A stretch of DNA of 64,000 bases from Prochlorococcus sp. AG-409-L18 (GTDB lineage: Bacteria > Cyanobacteriota > Cyanobacteriia > PCC-6307 > Cyanobiaceae). Of this stretch, positions 1 to 9,138 are shown piece after piece (the first letter of the stretch is position 1; every line of letters starts with the position of its first letter). The stretch is from positions 51,496 through 115,495 of the forward strand of contig QCKG01000004.1 of the NCBI GenBank assembly GCA_003215535.1, written 5' to 3'. The position numbers were made by a program, and so were the translations under genes. A model generated the notes under the pieces. It had not been told where the DNA came from. It saw only the letters and a list, made by a program, of their open reading frames with translations, and made no database searches.

Positions 1-935
1 AGTGGGCCCAAGCGTAAAACCTGAAGACCTTCTTGGGGTATTGGCAGAAAAGAAGGTATCAGAAGTTCCCAATTTTTAATTAGACCTTTCTGAAGACAAG
101 ATACCCCTGACAAAGGGTCTGCTAATACAGGCCATCCACTAAGTTCCTGCCAAGCAATTAGTGTTTCCTGAAATCCTAATAATTTTTCGCTAGGTCCTCT
201 CCATGGTCCAGCTATCACCACACCAGGCCTCAAAGGATCTAATTTGAAAAGTTCTCCAGATACATCTACAGGGAATTCCTGAATCTCTTCAAAAGGAAAG
301 TATTCCTCATGCAAAGGTATATCAGGAGACCAACCTGTCCAAACATCACTTTGTTCTTTGAGAGTGGCATGCAATGGCTCCTCAAAAGCAAGGTTTATAT
401 GTACAGGTCCCGGACATTCATGAGCCTTACTCCATGAGTCTTCTACAAGGGAGTAAAGAGTACTTGAATCAATTAAATGAAGACCATCTCTAGGACTTTG
501 TTGAACTCCTCTACAAACTGAACCAAGAAATTCTTCTTGATTTACTGTCTGATTTGCTCCACAATTTTTCAATCGAAAAGGACGATCAGCAGTTAAAAAC
601 AAAATAGGCTGACAAGAACGATCTGCCTCTACAGCTGCCGGCAAAAGTTCAGCTACTGCAGTACCAGATGTTGTTACAACAGCAGTAGCCTTTCCAGTGG
701 CAGTACCTATACCTAATGCAAGAAATGCTGCAGACCTTTCATCTATAGCTGAAAGCAACTTCACGCGACCAGCCTTCGCCAAGGCCCCAGCCGCAAGAGC
801 GAGAGAGGCTGAACGACTGCCTGGACAAAGAACAATATGTTCCATTCCTTTTTGAATGAAAGCTTCTAAAAGCTTTAGACAGACGTAAAGGTTGGTTCGT
901 GCTAATGACAGAGGTAGAAATTTAACTAATTCGAT
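1..935 (-). CDS. menD: 2-succinyl-5-enolpyruvyl-6-hydroxy-3-cyclohexene-1-carboxylate synthase (MenD), N-terminal part; the gene runs off the left edge
   Basis: Hand translation of the minus strand (absent from the ORF track because its stop lies outside the window). It reads ...LSLARTNLYVCLKLLEAFIQKGMEHIVLCPGSRSASLALAAGALAKAGRVKLLSAIDERSAAFLALGIGTATGKATAVVTTSGTAVAELLPAAVEADRSCQPILFLTADRPFRLKNCGANQT.... This is a ThDP-enzyme N-domain typical of MenD. The start is uncertain (843-935; see finding). Confidence 0.8.
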   Translation of the reverse strand, partial: MELVKFLPLSLARTNLYVCLKLLEAFIQKGMEHIVLCPGSRSASLALAAGALAKAGRVKLLSAIDERSAAFLALGIGTATGKATAVVTTSGTAVAELLPAAVEADRSCQPILFLTADRPFRLKNCGANQTVNQEEFLGSVCRGVQQSPRDGLHLIDSSTLYSLVEDSWSKAHECPGPVHINLAFEEPLHATLKEQSDVWTGWSPDIPLHEEYFPFEEIQEFPVDVSGELFKLDPLRPGVVIAGPWRGPSEKLLGFQETLIAWQELSGWPVLADPLSGVSCLQKGLIKNWELLIPSFLPIPQEGLQVLRLGP

Positions 936-977
936 CTTCGGACAAGATCGACCGGAAGCAAAGCCCTAAAAATTTAA

Positions 978-1604
978 ATGCATTCTCCCCCACCTCCTTA
1001 CAAGCCACCATCAACGAAAACCTTCCATTGGCGCAACTTATTTATTTGGGTTGGGCTAGCCCTTCTTCTGAGATGGCAGATTATTGAGCCCCGCTGGATA
1101 CCTTCTGGTTCAATGTTGCCCACTCTGCAACTAAAAGACAGGATTTTAATTGAAAAGGTACAGCCACGTTTAAAAAGAATCCAAAACAAGCATTTAGGAG
1201 TTAATAGCGTTGTGGTTTTTCATCCACCACAACGGCTAATAGAAGCTGGATACGATCCAAACTTGGCCTTGATTAAAAGAATAGTTGGCCTTCCTGGCGA
1301 TCAAATCGAAATTCATGACGGTCAGTTATTTCGGAACGGTCAATTAGTCAAAGAACCTTGGAGGATAGAAGAAATGCAATATGAAATGGATGCTGTGTCC
1401 GTTCCATCCAATCAACTTTGGGTGCTAGGAGACAACCGAAATAACAGCCTCGACTCACACTTGTGGGGTGCTTTACCTGAAGAAAAGCTAATAGGGACGG
1501 CAATTTGGAGATATTGGCCACTGAATGAATTTGGCCCTATTCGGTTCCCCACCCCTTCAGAAATTGAGCCAAAAGACCACACTGCGATAAGGTCAATACG
1601 ATGA
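978..1604 (+). CDS. lepB: Signal peptidase I
   Basis: N-terminal TM anchor. Catalytic Ser box SGSMLPTL, Lys box IKRIVGLPGD, and box E GDNRNNSLDSH. Confidence 0.9.
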   Translation: MHSPPPPYKPPSTKTFHWRNLFIWVGLALLLRWQIIEPRWIPSGSMLPTLQLKDRILIEKVQPRLKRIQNKHLGVNSVVVFHPPQRLIEAGYDPNLALIKRIVGLPGDQIEIHDGQLFRNGQLVKEPWRIEEMQYEMDAVSVPSNQLWVLGDNRNNSLDSHLWGALPEEKLIGTAIWRYWPLNEFGPIRFPTPSEIEPKDHTAIRSIR

Positions 1605-1620
1605 TGGAGAGTGCACTGGG

Positions 1621-1977
1621 ATGTTCAACCCGGAGTTTCTGGCCACAGACAACAATGATGGACAGGAAGGTAATGCCCTAATCGAATATCTACAGGATCA
1701 ATCTCCCGATGTATTACAACGAGTAGCAAAATCTGCTAGTCCAGAAATACAGGACATAATCAGCCACAACGTACAGGGCTTGCTTGGGATGCTTCCTGGT
1801 GAGCAATTTGAAGTAAAGGTAGCTGCCAGTAGAGACAATTTTGCAAGTCTTCTAGCCTCAGCAATGATGACTGGTTATTTTCTACGCCAAATGGAACAAC
1901 GCAAAGAACTGGAAGAGTCTCTTTTTTCTGACGAGTCAATGGCAGTAGACCCTGAAGATCTGGATCTCACCCTCTAA
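1621..1977 (+). CDS. Conserved cyanobacterial/plastid-lineage protein, DUF760-like
   Basis: 118 aa. The pattern YLQ..P..L..........I......GLLG.LP ... MMTGYFLRQMEQR matches my recollection of DUF760. No search was run. Confidence 0.5.
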   Translation: MFNPEFLATDNNDGQEGNALIEYLQDQSPDVLQRVAKSASPEIQDIISHNVQGLLGMLPGEQFEVKVAASRDNFASLLASAMMTGYFLRQMEQRKELEESLFSDESMAVDPEDLDLTL

Positions 1978-3172
1978 ATTTTTCAAATGGGTCCTTCGGA
2001 ACCACACCTCCCTTAAGGAGAGCCTTATCTAATCCATCCAGAAATTGCCAATTACCCTCTCCAATAGCCCAGGGCCTGCGTTTAATTTGTTCTTTCAGAT
2101 TCCTAATTTTTCTTGGAAATAATTCAACAGGAGCACTAAAGTGAGCTGAAACCAGCCACCGAATTCCCTTTAACCTGATCAATTCATCCAACCATTGAAT
2201 CAGTGCATCCTGAGCCCTTGGAAAAATCAATCTTTCCAAAACTGGAGCAACTTGTAAAAGTGGTTTTTCCTTACCAATCAGTTCTCCAGCAGACTCTTCC
2301 CAACCTTCTTCCCAAACAAAAGGATATAAACCAAAATGAGATTTAAAGTTTCTAAGTCCAGGCTTAAATGAATTTCGTAATACCTCAAAAAATGGAGGTA
2401 TTGATAATTTATTAGGTCTTAAGAAGCAAGAAAATAAAACCAATCTTGCCCATCCTTTCTTCCTTGCCTCAAGAGAGTCCTTAATAAGCTCATCACCCCT
2501 CTCACGAGAATGAAATAATAAAGGTGTAGGGTCAATATCAAAAAGTTCTGGCGGTTTTTCTTCAATTCCAACTAATGCATCTGTTACCAAAAGAGTTCCA
2601 GAAGGTTTATGAAAACAAGCCACCTCTTGAAAACTTCCCAAGCCAATATCAAGTGGTCCTAATTGTATCCAGCTGCAAATATCGTCATGTGGTAAACCTT
2701 CTTCAATGAGAATCTTAGTTCTCCCTTCTGGTATTCCTAACCAACCAAGAGGCAATTCAAATGGGAAGCTCCATTGTCCCGATGAAATCCATACTTCAGC
2801 TTGGGGAAAGGCACGAGAAAGCGCAGGTAATGAAATTTTGTGCTCCAACCCAGAAGCCGTTGGGAGGACAATCGTGAGTACTGGTCCATACTTCTTCTCA
2901 AGGTCCTCTATGCCTCGACGTAATTGACCAGTAGGAGGAAGAGGATTTACTAGCATTAGCCCACCTGTTACCTTCAAAACAGTTAGGCGGACGGGGACTG
3001 CAACGTAATAAAGCCCCTGTAATTGTTCAAAGCTCCATACTTGATCAGGTATCAGCTCCCTAAACAAAGTTCTACGGTGACCATAAGGGTATAAAGGAAG
3101 TAAAGGCCACCAAGGCCAAGACTGATCTACGGAAGAATCCTCTGAGGAATTAATAATTTCCTGAGTTTTCAC
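1967..3172 (-). CDS. Conserved hypothetical protein, DUF4336-like
   Basis: 401-aa ORF with N-terminal WPWWPLLPLYPYG..RRTL..E......W.FEQ.QG motif as recalled for cyanobacterial/plant DUF4336. It overlaps the 3' end of the convergent upstream gene by 11 nt. Confidence 0.45.
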   Translation of the reverse strand: MKTQEIINSSEDSSVDQSWPWWPLLPLYPYGHRRTLFRELIPDQVWSFEQLQGLYYVAVPVRLTVLKVTGGLMLVNPLPPTGQLRRGIEDLEKKYGPVLTIVLPTASGLEHKISLPALSRAFPQAEVWISSGQWSFPFELPLGWLGIPEGRTKILIEEGLPHDDICSWIQLGPLDIGLGSFQEVACFHKPSGTLLVTDALVGIEEKPPELFDIDPTPLLFHSRERGDELIKDSLEARKKGWARLVLFSCFLRPNKLSIPPFFEVLRNSFKPGLRNFKSHFGLYPFVWEEGWEESAGELIGKEKPLLQVAPVLERLIFPRAQDALIQWLDELIRLKGIRWLVSAHFSAPVELFPRKIRNLKEQIKRRPWAIGEGNWQFLDGLDKALLKGGVVPKDPFEKFRG

Positions 3173-3174
3173 GT

Positions 3175-4047
3175 TTAAGAAGCAATTGAGCTATTTGACT
3201 TAAGAATGCCGTATCTAGGCGCAAACAGAAAAGCTACAAGGAAGATCAGAGTCTGAACAAGAACAATAGAACCACCTGTTTCAATGTCGAACCAATAACT
3301 TAAATAAACACCAATTATGCTAGATATAGAGCTGCTAAGTATGGCCAGTACATTCATTCTATCAAAGCGATCTGTTAGCAAATAAGCTGTTGCACCAGGA
3401 GTTATCAACATTGCTACAACTAGAATAATTCCAACAGTTTGAAGTCCAGCAACAGCCGCCAAAGAAAGCAAAGACAAGAGCAAATAATGAAGCAATCCTG
3501 TATTAATCCCTATTGATCTTGCATGTGTTGCATCAAAGCAATAAAGCATTAGATCTCTCCTAAAGAGAAGCAATATAACTGTTACTAATCCAGAGATAAT
3601 AAGAGTCTGATTGACATCCGAACCAGATATTCCAAGGGGGCTTCCAAAAAGAATATGCATCAAATCAATGTTACTCCTAATTTTCGAGACTAAAACAAGG
3701 CCAAGAGCAAAGAAGCCAGTAAATACAAGGCCTATTACAGTATCTTCTTTAACCCTAGACTTCTGTTTTACGAAGCCAATCAAAGCAACAGAACCAACTC
3801 CAAAGACAAATGCTCCTATAGAAAAGGGCAACCCAAGCGCATAAGCAACAACCACTCCTGGCATTACTGCATGAGAGACTGCATCACCCATCAAGGCCCA
3901 ACCTTTTAACGTCATATAACAAGAAAGAAGACCACAAACACCACCTACAAGAGCACTCACCATCAATGCTCGTCTCATGAAATCATGACTCAATGGATCC
4001 AGAAGCCATGAGATCGGTGAGGCTGATGAAAGGAGTGAAATCATCAA
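3175..4047 (-). CDS. mntB: Metal (Mn/Zn-type) ABC importer, permease subunit (ABC-3 family)
   Basis: 290 aa, strongly hydrophobic with multiple TM segments. It is last in an SBP-ATPase-permease operon and has a 4-nt overlap with the ATPase gene. Confidence 0.8.
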   Translation of the reverse strand: MMISLLSSASPISWLLDPLSHDFMRRALMVSALVGGVCGLLSCYMTLKGWALMGDAVSHAVMPGVVVAYALGLPFSIGAFVFGVGSVALIGFVKQKSRVKEDTVIGLVFTGFFALGLVLVSKIRSNIDLMHILFGSPLGISGSDVNQTLIISGLVTVILLLFRRDLMLYCFDATHARSIGINTGLLHYLLLSLLSLAAVAGLQTVGIILVVAMLITPGATAYLLTDRFDRMNVLAILSSSISSIIGVYLSYWFDIETGGSIVLVQTLIFLVAFLFAPRYGILKSNSSIAS

Positions 4048-4838
4048 CTCAAGCTCTCTGATGAAGTGGGGCCAGAAAGTAAATCAGGTGGCATTCCACC
4101 AAAAGTTCTAGTCAGATTCTCATCGGTGAAAATTTCTGAAGTCTCACCATATGCAAGAACTGTTTTATTAATGAGGACCACTAAATCGCAAAAATCCCTT
4201 ACATGGCTTAAATCATGAGTTGAGATAAGAATTGTGCGGCCTTCATTCCGAAACTGAATAAAAAGCTCGGACATAAGCTTTTCTGTTCGGACATCAACGC
4301 CTGTAAATGGTTCGTCTAAGAGAAGTACAGACGCTCTCTGAGCAATCGCACGGGCAAGAAAAGCTCTCTTACGCTGACCTCCTGAAAGTGTCCCAATTGG
4401 TCTTTTGCGTAAATCAATAAGTTCAACTCTTTCCAGCGCATGCCAAACAGCTTTCCTATCAGACGCACTGGGAATTCTTAAAAAGTTCATAGAGCCATAA
4501 CGGCCCATCATTACTACATCCCACACGCTTGTTGGGAAAGAACAATCTATTCCTTCATTCTGAGGAACATATGCAACAGCCTGATTACGCTGAGCCTTAG
4601 GTACCTCTAATCCATTAATACGAATAATTCCACGTGAAGGGCGAACAAAACCCATCAAAGCCTTAAAAAAAGTTGATTTACCTGCACCGTTCATTCCTAC
4701 AAGCCCACAAATACATCCTGACTTCAATCTGAGACTTGCGTCATAGAGAGCAACTGTCCCGTTGTAATCGACACAAACCTGATCGGCTTCTATTCGCATT
4801 TCCTCTATCTGATTATTTGTTTTTAGAGAATTCATCAT
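4044..4838 (-). CDS. mntA: Metal ABC importer, ATP-binding subunit
   Basis: Walker A GMNGAGKST, ABC signature LSGGQRKR, Walker B LLLDEPF. 4-nt overlaps with both neighbours. Confidence 0.85.
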   Translation of the reverse strand: MMNSLKTNNQIEEMRIEADQVCVDYNGTVALYDASLRLKSGCICGLVGMNGAGKSTFFKALMGFVRPSRGIIRINGLEVPKAQRNQAVAYVPQNEGIDCSFPTSVWDVVMMGRYGSMNFLRIPSASDRKAVWHALERVELIDLRKRPIGTLSGGQRKRAFLARAIAQRASVLLLDEPFTGVDVRTEKLMSELFIQFRNEGRTILISTHDLSHVRDFCDLVVLINKTVLAYGETSEIFTDENLTRTFGGMPPDLLSGPTSSESLS

Positions 4839-5818
4839 TTCTCAGGATTTTCCAATACGAGGCCTTTAAGTATTAGATCAACATTATGTCGATACAGGTC
4901 CAACAACGTTGGAGCAGGCCCACCAGCCTCTGATAAAGAGTCCACAAAAAAGGTACCACCAAACCTTGCGCCGCTCGATCTGGCGACCTCAAGTTGGGCC
5001 TTTGAACTAACTGTGCTTTCACAAAAGATTGTTCGAACTCCTCTTGACTTGATTAATTGAATAAGCTTGAGCATTCTCCTAGGCGTGACCTGACTCTCTG
5101 CATTGACTGGCCAGAGATAAGCCTCATCCATTCCGTAATCATGAGTTAGATAAGTAAATGCCCCCTCGCAAGTAACCAAAACCCTTTGACCAGAAGGGAT
5201 GCTTTCCAAAGAGGTCCTTAACTCTTTATCAAGTTCTTGAAGCTTTTTTTTATAATCAAGCCCATTACGTTCAAAAGACTCGGATCCAGATGGATCCAAC
5301 TCACTAAAAGCTTCAACAATACGATCAACATATTTCATCGCGCGCCTAGGAGACATCCAAACATGTGGGTTGGGCTTTCCTGAATAGACATCACCTTCAA
5401 TTAACAATGGCTCCATTCCTTTACTCAAGACAACATTGGGTACGTTCCCTGCTGCTGCAGTGAATTTCTTAACCCAAAGTTCAAGGCCTAAGCCATTTTC
5501 AATAATCAAATCTGCACCAGCAGCCTTTACAAGATCACTAGGTGTTGGTTGATATCCATGAATCTCAGAACCAAATTTAGTAATTGAATTAACCGTTAAG
5601 CGATCACCAGCAACATTCTTAGCCATATCAGCCAACACAGTAAAGGTTGTTAATATGAGAGGCTTTTCCTTCCTTAAATCATCTTTTTCAGTTTCTAATC
5701 GCAACCCACAAGCACAAATTAAACCAAGTGCTATTGAAAGGATTGAAAGAAAAGCAAACCCCCGAAGTAGTTTAAAAGTTTCCTTCAAGAAAATGGTTTT
5801 ATATGCAGAAGCTTTCAT
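4835..5818 (-). CDS. mntC: Metal ABC importer, periplasmic substrate-binding protein (TroA/MntC cluster A-I); probably Mn because it has no His-rich Zn loop
   Basis: N-terminal signal/anchor, then a TroA-like sequence (TTFTVLADMAKNVAGD..., HGYQPTPSD, NPHVWMSP, CESTVSSK). The gene order SBP-ATPase-permease matches cyanobacterial mntCAB. Confidence 0.75.
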   Translation of the reverse strand: MKASAYKTIFLKETFKLLRGFAFLSILSIALGLICACGLRLETEKDDLRKEKPLILTTFTVLADMAKNVAGDRLTVNSITKFGSEIHGYQPTPSDLVKAAGADLIIENGLGLELWVKKFTAAAGNVPNVVLSKGMEPLLIEGDVYSGKPNPHVWMSPRRAMKYVDRIVEAFSELDPSGSESFERNGLDYKKKLQELDKELRTSLESIPSGQRVLVTCEGAFTYLTHDYGMDEAYLWPVNAESQVTPRRMLKLIQLIKSRGVRTIFCESTVSSKAQLEVARSSGARFGGTFFVDSLSEAGGPAPTLLDLYRHNVDLILKGLVLENPEK

Positions 5819-5875
5819 ATTGGAGAAGATAAACTACGTAGATAAGTCTTATTTAAATCAGAAAATATATTACTT

Positions 5876-5894
5876 CATTATTCAATATCATTAA
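5876..5894 (-). promoter_or_regulatory. Possible Fur-family (Fur/Zur/Mur-like) AT-rich operator upstream of mntC
   Basis: The plus-strand sequence cattattcaatatcattaa is made of (N)ATWAT-like hexamers. It lies 58-76 nt upstream of the mntC ATG. It is imperfect and sits in AT-rich background. Confidence 0.2.
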
Positions 5895-5915
5895 GTCAAG
5901 AGAGTTCATATAGAA

Positions 5916-7283
5916 CTATGCATTTGAAGTGCTAATTTTTATTGATCTTTTTTCTGCACTTTCATTAATCCAAAAACTCGCCTGTTTCAAAAAACCAGCC
6001 CAATCAAGACGCTCTTTTTCAGCCGCATTAGTTACAAGATGAGTGGCCTGAAGTTTTAATGCTTTCAAATCAGGTTCCATTACCCCATTATTTAGAGCCA
6101 TCCAATCAGCCATTGAACGTCCAACTACACGAGTTAAATATGCAGCACTAAGAGCTTGCAAGGTTCCAGCTGCTAACCAACTACTCCCATGGAGTTTTGA
6201 TACCCCCAGAAGTGCCTGCCCACTCCACTCCACTACCCCCTGAGCAAGTGCAATAGATGCAAGTTGTCTTGCTACAACTTTTAAAGTCTCAACCTGCCAA
6301 GGACATGACCAGATTTTCGCCATTTCTTGAACCATTAAGCCATTAACAACAGCTATAGACAAAAGGTCAGTTGATGGGACTGGTGAGGCAAAAACTGCTC
6401 CAGCCACAATCCATTGATTTCTTAATTGAATATCTGAAAACTTTTGTCTCCTTAATTTCTCCAAATCTGACTGCCAAGAAACGTGAAGCCTCGACAACAA
6501 TCTCTGACGTGTTCTCTCAATATTCCTTTTGGGGTTATCCAGAACCTGACGAACAGGGTTCAAAACCAAATGCATATTTTCCAAATCACCAGACCATCGC
6601 AATAACCGATTTGTCCATCGACTAGGGAGTTGCGCATTAAGAGCAATCAATTGATCATTCCAACTGTTTTCTTCTAACCATGGAATCAAAATCCATGATT
6701 GTTGATCTTCAGGAATCTTTTCAAGCCAAAGCATATCGACAGCACGTAAAGGCACTGGTAAAATATAAACAAGAAGATCTTTCTCATATATTTGTTTAGG
6801 TAGCAACCAAGTTTTATCCTTTAATGGCAGGGAGTTGAACCAAGAGATATCAATAGGTTTATTTGAGTCAATAGCTGATTCTATTTCTATTTTATCAGGA
6901 ATCTCTACTCCTTTAGAGCTTACAAAAGAAATACTTTGTGGTTCAGCTCGATCAAGAACGACTTGAAGACTTTCAAATCGTTCTTCTCTAGATCTGAGAT
7001 TCTTTTGACCATCCTCTAAGGCCTCAAATTGATCTAGGACTTCTTCACATCTACGTACCCATCCATCGACAGTTGACGGAGATTCGAAAGAAGTCTTAGA
7101 AGGCTTAGATAACCACCAAACCCCAAAGCAAGTAGCCGCGAGTCCAATCCCCCCTCCAGGGAGATGAACAACATCACTCAAAAACCACTGCCCTAGGAAC
7201 AAAGACCCACAGAGAATCCCAACCCTTCCAATCTGAAAAGGCAGATTTAACTTTGGAATTAACGAATTCATAGGAATCTTCAC
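5916..7283 (-). CDS. Conserved hypothetical membrane protein (possible DUF697-like C-terminal domain)
   Basis: 455-aa ORF. It has N-terminal TM helices (VGILCGSLFLGQWF..., GIGLAATCFGVWWL) and a C-terminal hydrophobic region (AGAVFASPVP..LLSIAVVNGLMVQEMAKIW). The family assignment is tentative. Confidence 0.4.
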   Translation of the reverse strand: MKIPMNSLIPKLNLPFQIGRVGILCGSLFLGQWFLSDVVHLPGGGIGLAATCFGVWWLSKPSKTSFESPSTVDGWVRRCEEVLDQFEALEDGQKNLRSREERFESLQVVLDRAEPQSISFVSSKGVEIPDKIEIESAIDSNKPIDISWFNSLPLKDKTWLLPKQIYEKDLLVYILPVPLRAVDMLWLEKIPEDQQSWILIPWLEENSWNDQLIALNAQLPSRWTNRLLRWSGDLENMHLVLNPVRQVLDNPKRNIERTRQRLLSRLHVSWQSDLEKLRRQKFSDIQLRNQWIVAGAVFASPVPSTDLLSIAVVNGLMVQEMAKIWSCPWQVETLKVVARQLASIALAQGVVEWSGQALLGVSKLHGSSWLAAGTLQALSAAYLTRVVGRSMADWMALNNGVMEPDLKALKLQATHLVTNAAEKERLDWAGFLKQASFWINESAEKRSIKISTSNA

Positions 7284-7510
7284 GGAAACTCACCTACTTA
7301 GCCTTCTTAGCTCACATAAGATCGAAGGCCAACAGAAATGGTGAATATCCTTATAAATACTGAATTCTCACACCTCACCATCATCAGAAGCACATCCGCA
7401 CAAGTCACCAAGTGTCAACCTTAAGTACCCGTCTGGATGTGAATCTGCTGAAGGAAATTGCCAAAAGCATCCCAAGGCCCCCTTGATGCGTCACACTTGG
7501 CCCTGATTAG

Positions 7511-8104
7511 ATGCAGAAGGCCATGAGTGATTCCTACAGCGATCCTCAACAGAATGGAAGAAACTTTGATGGCAATAGAGGGGATGGAAGCCGAGGTGGC
7601 TTTCGTGGAAACAGAGGACAAGGCAATAGAGACTCAGGTGGATTCCGAATCCGCTTGAGTGACAACGAAATGCGGGCCGCCCGATCACTTCAGGAAGCAT
7701 TCAATCTTCGCTCAACAGTTGCCGTTCTTGGCTTTGCGCTCAGAACCCTTGGTCAAATGCTTGAAGAAGGAAAGCTTGATGAACAAGTTGCCCAACATCG
7801 GGCTCAAGGCCCTCGTGGGAATAATAGAAGAGATGACAGTAAAGGGACTGCAAGAGGAAGGTTTAATGGTGAAAGTCGGGGAGGGCAAAGGGATCCAAAA
7901 CCAAATCCTTTCGCGAGGCCTCAAAAGCCTCAACCTACTGAAGCCCAAATTGCAACCGAAACATCAAAAGATTCAAACGAATTATCAGAAGAAATCACCA
8001 CCTCCGAAAACATTGAGCAAGGCTCAGTAGAAGAGCCCATAAATCAAAATCCAAGTTCAGAAATTGAAGATGAAAAGGCTTCAACTTCATCTGACGAGAA
8101 CTAA
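7511..8104 (+). CDS. Hypothetical protein with RGG/RG-rich N-terminal and central segments and an acidic S/E-rich C-terminal tail
   Basis: 197-aa ORF. It contains GNRGDGSRGGFRGNRGQGNRDSGGFR, then a short predicted helical core (LSDNEMRAARSLQEAFNLRSTVAVLGFALRTLGQMLEEG), then more RG repeats and an acidic tail. The real start may be the ATG at 7523. Confidence 0.6.
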   Translation: MQKAMSDSYSDPQQNGRNFDGNRGDGSRGGFRGNRGQGNRDSGGFRIRLSDNEMRAARSLQEAFNLRSTVAVLGFALRTLGQMLEEGKLDEQVAQHRAQGPRGNNRRDDSKGTARGRFNGESRGGQRDPKPNPFARPQKPQPTEAQIATETSKDSNELSEEITTSENIEQGSVEEPINQNPSSEIEDEKASTSSDEN

Positions 8105-8107
8105 TCA

Positions 8108-9121
8108 GTGACTCGCCAGCGAGTTTTCTCAGGCGTACAGCCGACAGGAGCCCTTCATCTAGGTAATTGGCTAGGTGCAATAAGAAACTGGGTCGACCTA
8201 CAAAAAACACATGAAACCTTTTTTTGTGTAGTTGATCTCCATGCAATAACTACACCACATAATCCCAAAGAACTATCTGAAAACACCCTTTCTACAGCTG
8301 CTCTTTACATGGCCTGTGGAATAGATCCAGAACTCTGCACAATATTTATCCAAAGTCATATTTCTGCCCACAGTGAGCTCTGTTGGCTTCTTAATGCTGT
8401 AACTCCATTAAATTGGATGGAAAGGATGATTCAATTCAAAGAAAAAGCAATAAAGCAAGGAGATAATGTCTCAGTCGGCTTGCTTGACTACCCAATACTT
8501 ATGGCAGCAGATATTCTTCTTTATGATACGGACCTAGTACCAGTAGGTGAGGATCAGAAACAACATCTTGAACTTGCCAGAAATATTGCTCAACAAAGAA
8601 TCAATTCTCGCTTCTCTGTCAAAGAAGAACCTATTTTTAAAATACCAGAGGCTCTTATAATGAAAGAAGGGGCAAAAATCATGAGCCTTGTGGATGGTAG
8701 AAACAAAATGAGTAAAAGTGATCCCAATGATTCCAGCAGAATTACATTACTCGATCCACCAGAACTAATTACTAAGAAAATAAAAAGAGCAAAAACTGAT
8801 TCATTAACAGGCCTAGAGTTCAACAATCCTAATCGTCCAGAAGCTGACAATCTACTCGGCCTTTACTCAATCCTTAGTGGTCTTGGTAGAGATAATGTTT
8901 CAAAAGAATGTGAACAAATGGGATGGGGTAAATTTAAGCCCCTATTAGCGGATGCGACAGTATCTGCACTAGAGCCAATTCAAACCCGGTACAAGGAATT
9001 AATAGGGGACAAAGCTCAATTAATAGATATACTTAAGGATGGGAAGAATGCTGCAGAAGTTGTAGCTAATTCCACACTAAATAAGGTTCGAAAGGCATTA
9101 GGTCTTCTTGACAGACATTAA
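8108..9121 (+). CDS. trpS: Tryptophan--tRNA ligase
   Basis: GTG start. Class I motifs QPTGALHLGNWLG (HIGH-type) and KMSKS. 337 aa. Confidence 0.93.
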   Translation: MTRQRVFSGVQPTGALHLGNWLGAIRNWVDLQKTHETFFCVVDLHAITTPHNPKELSENTLSTAALYMACGIDPELCTIFIQSHISAHSELCWLLNAVTPLNWMERMIQFKEKAIKQGDNVSVGLLDYPILMAADILLYDTDLVPVGEDQKQHLELARNIAQQRINSRFSVKEEPIFKIPEALIMKEGAKIMSLVDGRNKMSKSDPNDSSRITLLDPPELITKKIKRAKTDSLTGLEFNNPNRPEADNLLGLYSILSGLGRDNVSKECEQMGWGKFKPLLADATVSALEPIQTRYKELIGDKAQLIDILKDGKNAAEVVANSTLNKVRKALGLLDRH

Positions 9122-9138
9122 AAAAAGGACAGTAAGCC

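Noticed and set aside
7421-8246. Several overlapping ORFs around the RGG-protein gene: minus-strand 7421-7621, 7491-7700, 7712-7948 and 7995-8246, and the plus-strand alternative frame 7659-8030
   Set aside because: They are mutually exclusive with the longer 7511-8104 frame and with trpS. They arise from the repetitive, purine-rich coding sequence and have no independent support.
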